Shown piece after piece: positions 54,078 through 64,000 of a stretch of 64,000 nucleotides of DNA (its first letter is position 1; each line of letters starts with the position of its first letter). Source of the DNA: Batkoa obscura (taxonomy: Eukaryota). Under the pieces are notes generated by a model. The model worked only from the letters and a program-made list of their open reading frames with translations, was not told where the DNA came from and did no database searches. Position numbers and translations under genes: made by a program. The DNA is taken from positions 1,240,001 to 1,304,000 of the forward strand of contig JASVEC010000002.1 of assembly GCA_030770535.1 (NCBI GenBank), given 5' to 3'.

Positions 54078-55537
54078 ATGTTAAAATTTGAAGGGCATGT
54101 AGGTTTCAGACAACGTTTAATAATGGCTACTATCAGCGGTAAAGCTATTAAAATTGAAAAAATAAGATCGGATGATGATAATCCAGGTTTAAGAGGTAAA
54201 GTCATTTCAGGAAAAAATAGAATTTAGTAAACGATATTAATTAAAATCATTATTAGATTTTGAAGCCAATTTTTTACGATTGTTAGAAAAAGTAACTAAT
54301 GGTTCTTTAATTGAAATTAATTATACTGGTAATTTAAAATAAAAATCTATCAATTTCAACTCGTATAATACAAACAACTTCCCTTTCCAATAGGTACTGC
54401 TATTTTATATAAACCCGGTATAATAGTTGGTGGAAAAATAGAACATGATTGTGGATTAACTCGTTCCATTGGTTATTTTTTAGAATCTATGGTTATGTTA
54501 GCTCCATTTTCAAAATTGCCTTTTGTTTTAACTTTACAAGGTATTACTAATGATAACTTGGATATTTCGGTATATTATTTTATTTCTAATTTTAATAATA
54601 AATAACATATTAATTTGTTTCATTAATTTTAAAATAGGTCGATTTATTACGTACTGTAACCTTACGTCAACTAAATAAATTTGGTATTGAAGATGGAGTC
54701 GAATTAAAAGTAATTATATTCATTATAATTATAATAATAAACCTCCTACATAACCCTTAACTAATCTCATAAATAGATAACCAAAAGAGGAGCCCCGCCT
54801 TTAGGAGGTGGAGAGGTATTATTTAAATGTACAGTAGTAAGATCTCTTAAGCCAATTCGATTCATTGATGAAGGACGTATAAAACGTATTAGAGGCATAG
54901 CTTATTCTACTCGAGTATCGCCTCAAACAGCTAATCGAGTAGTTGAATCAGCAAGATCGGTATTAAATCGATATATACCTGATATTTATATTTATACGGA
55001 TGTTTATAAGGGTAAAGAATCTGGGAAGTAAGTTAATTGATAATACTATCTATAAAAAAATAATATGAATTTGTAATAACTGTTTTTTTTAATAGATCCC
55101 CGGGTTATGGACTTACTTTAGTTGCTGAATCTACTACCGAATGCTTATTATCAGCTGAATGTTTTGCAGATGTTAAAGAAACTCCAGAAGATTTAGGAAA
55201 AAGAGTAGCTCGTATGTTATTACAAGAAATTCAAGAAGGAGGATGTATTGATACTTATAATCATGGGTTAAATTTATTATTTATGGTACTTGGACCTGAA
55301 GATGTTTCTAAATTGAGGATTGGTAAATTAACTCCATTTTGGTAAATTATTATTATATTTAATAATCTATTTTTAATATAATTTATAATTTGTAACTTTT
55401 TTAGTATTGAAATTTTAAGAGATATTAAACAATTTTTTAATATTACTTATAAAGTTGTGCCTGATGATAAAAACAAAACTATTTTATTGACTTGTATGGG
55501 CACTGGGTTTACTAATGTCAGCAAAAAAACAAATTAA
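54078..55537 (+). CDS. RCL1: RNA 3'-terminal phosphate cyclase-like protein Rcl1 (18S rRNA biogenesis), multi-exon
   Basis: MLKFEGHVGFRQRLIMATISGK, IRSDDDNPGL, RSIGYFLE, KRGAPPLGGGEV, RIRGIAYSTRVSP, SPGYGLTLVAE; not in the ORF track because of introns. Confidence 0.93.
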
Positions 55538-55816
55538 ATTGGAAAGAGTGTTATTATGACTATTTCTTTTTTATTTATAGAATAATAAATTCAAAGTTTA
55601 TAGATTTAATTATTTTTTTTTTACTATTAATTAATTTCTTATTTTATTGCTCTTATTTATTTTAAATAATTAAAGTAATAGATTTTAACTCTCACATATA
55701 AAAATAGTTTTATTACTTATAAAATAAAATAAACATAGCAAATCCCTTATCCAAAAAAAAATTAATATTTTAAATAATCTCTTTTTCCTTTAAAAAAGAA
55801 AGAAAGTCCAAAGTCC

Positions 55817-56894
55817 TTAATAATACCCATGCTGTCCATGATGCTGTTCATAACGATTTTCAATTGGTGAGGAGTCCAACTGTTCATTATTACTTCTTTG
55901 CTGGTAAGCCGGATATTTACCACCATTCATAGATCGCATACCATTCTCATGAGTTATGTCTCTTGGCATTGGCTCTCTCATATCCACTCTTGTATCCCTT
56001 GGATAAGGATCACGACTAATTAAAATAAATTGATATATATTTTTATGTAAAATCATAAGTTATATATAATAAACTTACGACATTGGAGCTTCGTAACCTC
56101 GGGTATAACCTGGCATATCATGCTGATAATAAGCTTCATTTGGGCGCACTGGTTGACGCTCTAAATAAATAAATTTATAAAGTCCTGTTTACAAAAACTC
56201 TTTTGTATCTCAACTTACCATGATAAACTTCAGTATTACTAAGTCTATTTGGTGAACGTAGATTGGGTTCTGTCATCAATTCTAAACCATTATCCTTTAA
56301 TAAACCGTTTTTTAAAGCATACGTTTAATAGACTTACTTTTCTGTTTATAGCTATCCTCTTCCCTTTCTATAGAACCTCTACCTCGACCATTATTCCCAG
56401 CTTGTCTTAACTTGGCTTCATTTCTATAGATTTCATTTCTATCCTCATAATAATTCATATTGTCTTCCCTTTCCATTTCAACTTCACCATCTTTAAATTT
56501 ATCTTTACTGACATATTTATATTTATATTCTTTCTCATCAGGATCAATAGGGGGGAGATTTTTACCGTCATCTAACTCTTCTTCGCTAGAATCTTCCGGG
56601 ATCAGTGAAGGATCTGCTTCTGCTATGGTGTTGAGAAGCATTCTGTAAAGGGAAAATTAGCGTAAATTTATTATTGGTTTTTTAAATAAATATTATTTAC
56701 TTAATTTCTTCTTTTAATTGTTTAACTTCTTCAGCAGCGTTAACTAATTCCTCACGTACCTCGTCATTGTTCTATACATTTTTATTAAAAGATTATGTTA
56801 GTAAGTTGAATAAGGTTATAGAGATAGTTGAGTTTACTGTTAATAATTCTTGATACTTTTCTTTTGCTCTTAAGTATTTTGCTTTATAGGCCAT
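55817..56894 (-). CDS. Protein with N-terminal coiled coil (INO80E/TFPT-like YKAKY start) and disordered acidic/Pro-rich tail
   Basis: Exons from ATG 56894 (MAYKAKYLRAKEKYQELL) splice to MLLNTIAEADPSLIP and on to stop 55817; family call is a weak resemblance only. Confidence 0.55.
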
Positions 56895-57352
56895 CTTGCA
56901 ATTTTAAAAAGTAGAGTTTTAATATGTTAAATTTTTTTATGAGTTGGCTTATTTTTGGACTTGGTTTTTATGCAGTTGAAAGTTTAGGTTTTAGTTCTAA
57001 GTTGAATTTTAAAAAAAGGTAGATATCAAAGGTTAAAAGAATTAATTTATTAAAACTCATAGTATTGAGATAATAAAAGTTGAATTTGTTTTGAACTATT
57101 GTTACTAATATTATAATTTTTCCTTAACATTCGATAACCTTTTACATAACCTTTTAATTTCCCATTTTTTCAATCCATTTCTATAGCGTTAAAACTCACC
57201 TGTTAGGTAATTGATTTTGATAGGTTCAACCTTATCTTAACTGTAATTGGTCCAATTGAATTTCGAATCCATTTTATAAAACATACTTAGCTTTCAATAT
57301 TAACTACTAATACTTTTAGTATCAATTAAAAAAAGAAGAATTATTAAAAAAG

Positions 57353-59546
57353 ATGCAAGCCCCAGTCATTGTTATGAGTATGTATTTTCATTCTATTTAA
57401 TAAAATTAAACTAGATTGATACTATTTATTTACCAGTCTCCTATTTAATTTGACAACAATATTAATTTAACTTTTTTAGATACCAAAATGGAGCGCGAGT
57501 CGGGTCGTAAAGCTCAGCTCAGTAATATCAATGCAGCAAAGGTAACTTTTTTATTTTTGACCGTTAAACAAACTTAAAACTTGCATCAATTTTAGACGGT
57601 CTCTGACATCATTCGTACTTGTCTTGGACCACGTTCCATGTTAAAAATGTTACTTGACCCAATGGGCGGTATTGTATTAACCAATGATGGTAACGCTATA
57701 TTAAGAGAAGTTGAAGTAGCTCATCCAGCTGCGAAATCAATGATTGAATTATCTAGAACTCAAGATGAAGAAGTGGGAGATGGTACTACTTCGGTAATTA
57801 TTTTAGGTAAGAATCAATAAGATTTATTTTGTATCACAAATCTAGCTTTTAAATAGAACAATGATGATAATTTAAAGTGATTTTTATTAACTTATTGATT
57901 TTATATAGCTGGTGAAGTCCTCTCTGTTTCAGCGCCATTTTTAGAACGTAACATTCATCCAATTGTGATTATTTCTGCTTTCAAAAAAGCATTAGAAGAT
58001 GCATTGAAAGTAATTGAAGATATTAGTATCGATGTTAATTTAGACGACAAAAATCAAATGTTAAACATTATCAAAAGTTCCTTAAATACTAAATTTGTTT
58101 CACGTTGGTCTGAGTTAATGTGTAATTTGGCCTTAAAAGCAGTCGAATGTGTTGCTATGGAAGAGAGTGGTCAAAGAGAGGTAGATATCAAAAGATATGC
58201 TAGAGTTGAAAAGGTAATTATTCAATGAAAATCAAAGTTTAAAGAAAATTATTTTGTTAATAATATAATTTAGATTCCAGGAGGAGAAATTGAAGATTCA
58301 TGTGTGTTAGATGGAATATTATTAAACAAAGATGTAACCCATCCAAAAATGAGACGTCGTATTGAAAATCCAAAAATCGTATTATTGGATTGTCCATTAG
58401 AATATAAAAAAGGGGAATCTCAAACGAATATTGAAATTACAAAAGAAGAAGATTGGGCAAGATTTTTACAAATTGAAGAAGAGCAAATTAAATCCTTGTG
58501 TGATCATATTATTGCTCTTAAACCGGATTTAGTTTTTACCGAAAAAGGAGTTTCTGGTAAGCTTCAATTAAAATCTTTTTAATTTTGTTTTTTAATATAT
58601 CATTTTAGATCTTGCTCAACATTATTTACAAAAAGCCAATATTACTGCTATTCGTCGTTTACGTAAAACGGATAATAATCGAGTAGCACGTGCCGTAGGC
58701 GCTACTATTGTATCTCGTGTTGAAGATCTTAAAGAAAGTGATATTGGAACTGGATGTGGTTTATTTAACATTGAAAAAATAGGAGATGAATATTTTACTT
58801 TTTTAACCAAATGTGAAGACCCTAAAGCCTGTACTATATTATTACGTGGACCATCCAAAGATATATTACATGAAGTTGATCGTAATCTACAAGATGCTAT
58901 GAATGTAGCTAGAAATGTATATTTTAATCCAAGATTATCACCTGGTGGTGGAGCTACTGAAATGGCTATTAGTGTTAAATTATCGGAATTAGCTAAAACT
59001 ATAGAGGGTATTGAACAATGGCCTTATCTTGGTTTAGCTGAAGCTTTAGAAGTGATTCCTCGTACTTTGATTCAAAACTGTGGTGGTAAACCAGTTAAAG
59101 TTTTAACTCAACTTAGGGTAACTGTTTTTTATGCGATAATGAAATTATATTGATAGATCTTTTTTAGGCTAAACATGCTAATAATGAACATTCTTGGGGT
59201 GTCAATGGTACTTCTGGTACTATTGCTGACATGCATGAATATGGTATTTGGGAACCAACTGCTGTTAAAGTTCAAACTATTAAAACTGCAATTGAGGTAA
59301 GATTTTAGTTCTATTATAATATTTTAAAGATAGATATGAAGGAATTATTATTAATGAAATGTATTTAACATTTTTTAGTCTGCTTGTTTATTATTAAGAG
59401 TTGATGATATTGTATCTGGTGTATCAAAGAGAGAAAATGGTCCAGCTGGTGGTGCTCAACAGCAAGTTCCTGAAGAAGTAAGTTTATTTTTAAGTTTTAA
59501 AGATGAATGAGTAATGTCTCTTTTATTTATTTAGATGCAGCAATAG
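57353..59546 (+). CDS. CCT3: T-complex protein 1 subunit gamma (CCT/TRiC)
   Basis: MQAPVIVM, RTCLGPRSMLKMLLDPMGGIVLTNDG, GDGTTSV, DIKRYARVEK, LLRVDDIVSG; multi-exon. Confidence 0.96.
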
Positions 59547-59853
59547 AGTAATGGAATAAACTGATGTTGAAAAAAAATAAAAAATAAAATGCATGGATTT
59601 TAATGTAGTTGTATGTTGATTTGAGTTGTTCTTTTTAATTTTGGTTTAATGTTAAAGACATATAGTGGAAGATATAGAATTTTACAAGGAAATGTACTTT
59701 TACTTTATGATAGTTTGGTAAGTTATATGATGAAATGATCAAAAATAAGCGATGAATAACTTTCAACTTTAATATAAAAATAAATAGTAAAATAAATTCC
59801 TATTTTATTAACATTAAAACATTTAATTAATTTTAATAACTCAAACTGATATA

Positions 59854-60948
59854 TTAATTAAACCATTTTCTAAGTCCCATAGCTACTGTACAAACTACAA
59901 TAATAGTTGAACCGGAAATTGAATAAATATTAGGTATTTCATGAAACAAAAATATACCATAAAAATAGGCCAATACCACATCTACATTCCTCATTAAAGT
60001 AGCTGGACCGGCACGACATAACTGAAGACCTTTATTCAATAAACATTGACCTAAAATAGCCGTTAATCCCACTAATAATAAACACAAAGTTGGCCAATTA
60101 AGTCCTAAACTAGTAGAAGGAAGTTTTGATTTTTGATGATCGGTTAGTACCATAACGCCTGAAAAGATAGTACTGGCCAAACCAAAATAAACGACATGAG
60201 ATAAAAAATGAACGGAACGTCCAATTTTTCGAACAGTTACATAAGCACATGCAGCAAATAAAGCTCCAATAAAGGCAGCAAGTACACCAATACTTTGTTC
60301 TGCTGGTGTAGGTAAATGATTTAAAAGATTGGTTATCGGTATTTCTTCTTTGCCAAATAAAAAATTAGGTTTTGAAGTTAAAACTACCCCAATTAAACAA
60401 AAAAAACTAGCTAAACCATCAAACCAAGAATAATCTTCATTTAAGGTTAAATGAGCCAAAAGACCCGTAAACGCAGGGCTAGTAAAAAAAATCACCGTAG
60501 CATCAGCTATTGGTAGTACAGTTAAAGAGTAATAATAAAGGGCTAAACCAATAGCACCAAAGAACCCTCTTAATAATAATAATAATCGATATCGTGGTTG
60601 TGAAAAAGGTTGTATTCCAATTGAATAACATAATATTATACCACCTAAACCTTGAATAATAGAGCGTGCAAGTACAATTTGAGCTGCTGAAAAATAAGCA
60701 CCACTCACTTTAACAAGTAAACCATTTAAAGAGAAACCAAATGCAGAAAGTAGCATATATACAAGGCCTCGGAATTCGTGTAAATGGGGCGGATGAGTGA
60801 GGAGACTACTAGTTAAATTAATATTACTGGATTCCACTTCTACTGAGTTTTGTAAGGTACCATAAGTATCGGTGGAATATCTTTGAAGATAGCTATCTAA
60901 ATGTTCTCCATTACCCTTTAAATTAATACGTGGGATTGAGGTGGCCAT
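59854..60948 (-). CDS. EamA/DMT superfamily transporter (SLC35G-like), intronless
   Basis: LLLLRGFFG, LPIADATVIFFTSPAFT, AYVTVRKIG, GQCLLNKGLQ...AGPATLMR; ~10 TM segments. Confidence 0.9.
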   Translation of the reverse strand: MATSIPRINLKGNGEHLDSYLQRYSTDTYGTLQNSVEVESSNINLTSSLLTHPPHLHEFRGLVYMLLSAFGFSLNGLLVKVSGAYFSAAQIVLARSIIQGLGGIILCYSIGIQPFSQPRYRLLLLLRGFFGAIGLALYYYSLTVLPIADATVIFFTSPAFTGLLAHLTLNEDYSWFDGLASFFCLIGVVLTSKPNFLFGKEEIPITNLLNHLPTPAEQSIGVLAAFIGALFAACAYVTVRKIGRSVHFLSHVVYFGLASTIFSGVMVLTDHQKSKLPSTSLGLNWPTLCLLLVGLTAILGQCLLNKGLQLCRAGPATLMRNVDVVLAYFYGIFLFHEIPNIYSISGSTIIVVCTVAMGLRKWFN

Positions 60949-62054
60949 GATTGTATTTTTATAAATGTTTTAAGTAGAAATGAATTGAACTTTTTAGTTT
61001 ATTTTTATATTTTTTGATCAAAGCTATGGATTTATTTTTAAATTAAATACTTTTATTTAGTTGCAATTTATTACTGCGGGTTTTTTAAATGATGCTAAAA
61101 TACTTTTAATGACTCAGTTAATGATTTCAATATCTTTGCAAAATAGCAATTTAATGTAAATTTTAAGAGTTTTGATATAGTAGTAAAATGAACTTCGGGT
61201 TTTTTTCTGTTCTTTTTAGTAAAGAGATTATTAACCAAATTAATTAATATAGATTAATAATATAGTTAGTTAAATTTTTTTTTCAGTTAAAAATAAATCC
61301 CATAGAGGAATCCAAAAATTCTGGCTACCTTAAATACTTTCAATTTCAAAACTTTGAACAGTTGGTTTTTTTGCTTCTAATAATAACATCTTTCTCATCA
61401 AATAAAACCAAATTGAGTCTAAAAGAATATACATAAGAGTAATGAGGAAAATAGAAAGTATACATTCTGGATTGAAAGTAAACTGATTTAATTAGTTTGA
61501 TTAATAAAAGTTATTGCTTATATTTATTAAAATATTAAAAATGATGTTTTATTGAACAGAGATCCTATATATTACTATATATGTTCGATACTTGAAATTT
61601 AGGTTTTGAAGATAGAATATAATGTTATTGAACAAAATAAACAAATAATTTATAATATGTAATTTATATTATAAATTGACCAAATGAAGAAATTTGTTAT
61701 TATTTGCTTGATAAACGAAATAACCTAAGTAAATTGATTTAAAAAATAACAGTCAAATCAATATGGTTTTTATTAATAATATCAAACCTTTGATTTTTAT
61801 TGTTTAGTTATTCTTTATTAATTTATTTTGGGTTAATAAATGATAGCTTATAGAATGTCTTAGTTTTCAATCTGATGGTCAACATATATAAATAAAATAA
61901 TAATTTAAAATCATAGTTTGAAATTTGTTAATGTTAATGTTAATGTTATCATTGTTTACTTTATTTAGCTGTTTATTAATATAAATAAGAACAATCAATA
62001 GTTTATATAGGTTAAAATTAAATTAATTATTAAAACAAACTATATCTTTTTTAT

Positions 62055-63365
62055 TTAATTTGGAGGTTGATAAGGAGTGACCAACATTTCTGAAAATTCC
62101 AATAATGCTTTTGGACCACGTACTTCATTTGTAAGTAATGGTAATGTAACAATATGAAAATCATCATAAAGTTCATAAATTTGTTCTAAATATTTTTGTT
62201 GCATTTTATATCGAATTCGACATTGTTCACAGTTAGAATCTGGACCTGGGAATAATAATTGATTAACTACGATATTATGAGTATCAATTTCTTGAGCTGT
62301 TAACTCTTGAATCATTCGTTCTGTTTCGTACAATGATAAAAATTCCGATATACATACACATACAAAGGTTGCTAAATCCTAATATCAAAGTTGAAATATG
62401 TCCTTGTTTTATAGTATATAAAATACTTACTGGTGATTTTAATTGCTTACTAATACCTGAAATACTATCTTGAAGTCCTTTTAATTTATCAAAAAATTGA
62501 TCTGGAGAAGCACCTTCTGGCATACTTGAAGACATCTAAATAAAAATAATAATTAATCTCCTTTTATACAATAAACTATAATTCCACTTACTGTACTAAG
62601 ATAAGGACTCAATTGATTTTGAAACCCAGCTAGTTTTTCCAAAACTTTACTAATAGTGGTTGGTAACTGTAAAAATCTTAATGTATGTCCAGTTGGAGCA
62701 GTATCAAATACTACACAAGAATAGTCTTTTGATTTGGTTAATTCAGCTATTTCACGTAAAGAAGCAGCTTCATCAATTCCTGGTAATGTTTTCAATACAT
62801 CAGCTATAAAATCTCCAAAGATATTGCCATCACCTACAATTGATAATTAGTTACAATTTGATTGTTGAGTTTAAAATATAATAAGCTTACTATTTTTAAA
62901 TAATTCTCGAGTCGTTGAAGTTGGATCAATTTCCTGTTGTTTTGTGTTTTTAATAAGTGCTTTAAATAAAATAGAATAAAACAAAGTTTTCTTACCATAG
63001 CATATAAATTATCGAAACCTTTGATTAGAGTAGGTTCTTTATTAATCTTTTGACTAAAAGCATCTGATAAATTATGAGCTGGATCGGTGGAGATCAATAA
63101 TACGCTTTTTCTAACTTTAGATAACTGAACAGCTAAAGAACAACTATAAAAAAAGCAATAAATAAATTAACTAGTCCTTTTCCTTGCTCTCTTTTATTTT
63201 AACTTGGAATCAAAATTCAACTTACCTAGTAGTCGTCTTTCCAACACCACCTTTTCCACCAACAAATACCCATTTTAAAGAAGTTTGTTCCAATATGTTA
63301 CGTAAGGAGCCTTCTAAAGGTTCAAATTCTCCTTCATGGTCACTTAAATCAGATAAGTCAGACAT
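62055..63365 (-). CDS. GET3: ATPase Get3/ASNA1 (tail-anchored protein targeting), multi-exon
   Basis: [57 protein letters not shown]. Confidence 0.96.
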
Positions 63366-64000
63366 GCTTGATTTTTTTCAAATTCAAAGTTAGTGAGCTG
63401 TTCAATATTTTTCTAAAACTATAAGTTGATGATTTTTTTAATGACCAATTAAATTATAATGTTGATTCACTAATTTTACTAAGGGTTTGGAGAGCTTTTA
63501 TGAAGCAAGAGTTTTGACAGTTGAGAGGTTTCAATTGTTGAAATATTAAATTTCAAATTTGTAGTTTTTTTTGATCAGAAATTTTAGTTTTTTTGTACTA
63601 ATTGATGAATTCAACAATACCAATTGTTTTTAAAATTTATAACTTAACAATTTATTCTAATATGAAAATTACAAACAATTGGAAAAAATAGCAGGAAAGC
63701 ATTATATATAAATTATTTATATAGAATCCTAATCCCCAAAAACATTTTCATTTTATTAATTTACCTATCTAATGTATCGCATACGACTAACTCATTCAAC
63801 CTTTACCCTTCACTACAAAAATTTATGGGATTCTTAATTATAAATAACCGCTGTTGATTGGTCCTAAAAACTTATTCAGAAAAATAGAACTGTAAATTTG
63901 GAATTTCGATTTTGGTAGCAATTTAAATTCTTAACATGCCACCAATACAAGGGTTAGCACAATTAATAACCACATTAACCTCAGAGCCTGAGAAGTATTT

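Overview
AT-rich eukaryotic genomic DNA with short (~45-120 nt) GT-AG introns. Gene content (class IV/V-type chitin synthase, biopterin-dependent phenylalanine hydroxylase, Opy2-like sensors) points to an early-diverging fungus, possibly Entomophthoromycotina (Conidiobolus-like); that assignment is inference. Housekeeping blocks (CHS, SMC5, HRD3/SEL1, CTD phosphatase, RPN6, PAH, RCL1, CCT3, EamA, GET3) alternate with accessory regions at ~14.3-25.3 kb and ~34.4-51.8 kb. These accessory regions carry: (1) over 20 copies of a ~98-bp non-autonomous TIR element (MITE) with GGG/GAG...CCC/CTC ends and 4-bp TSDs; (2) two copies of a spliced, secreted I78-type protease-inhibitor gene that are identical over 723 bp inside an otherwise diverged older duplication, a product the ORF track misses; (3) a UNC-93-like MFS pseudogene interrupted by a MITE and a 464-bp solo LTR with a 5-bp TSD; (4) an aldo-keto reductase pseudogene; (5) two tRNA-Thr(AGT) genes embedded in a MITE cluster; (6) a candidate independently transcribed box C/D snoRNA upstream of RPN6. 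All calls come from reading the sequence by eye; no searches were run.
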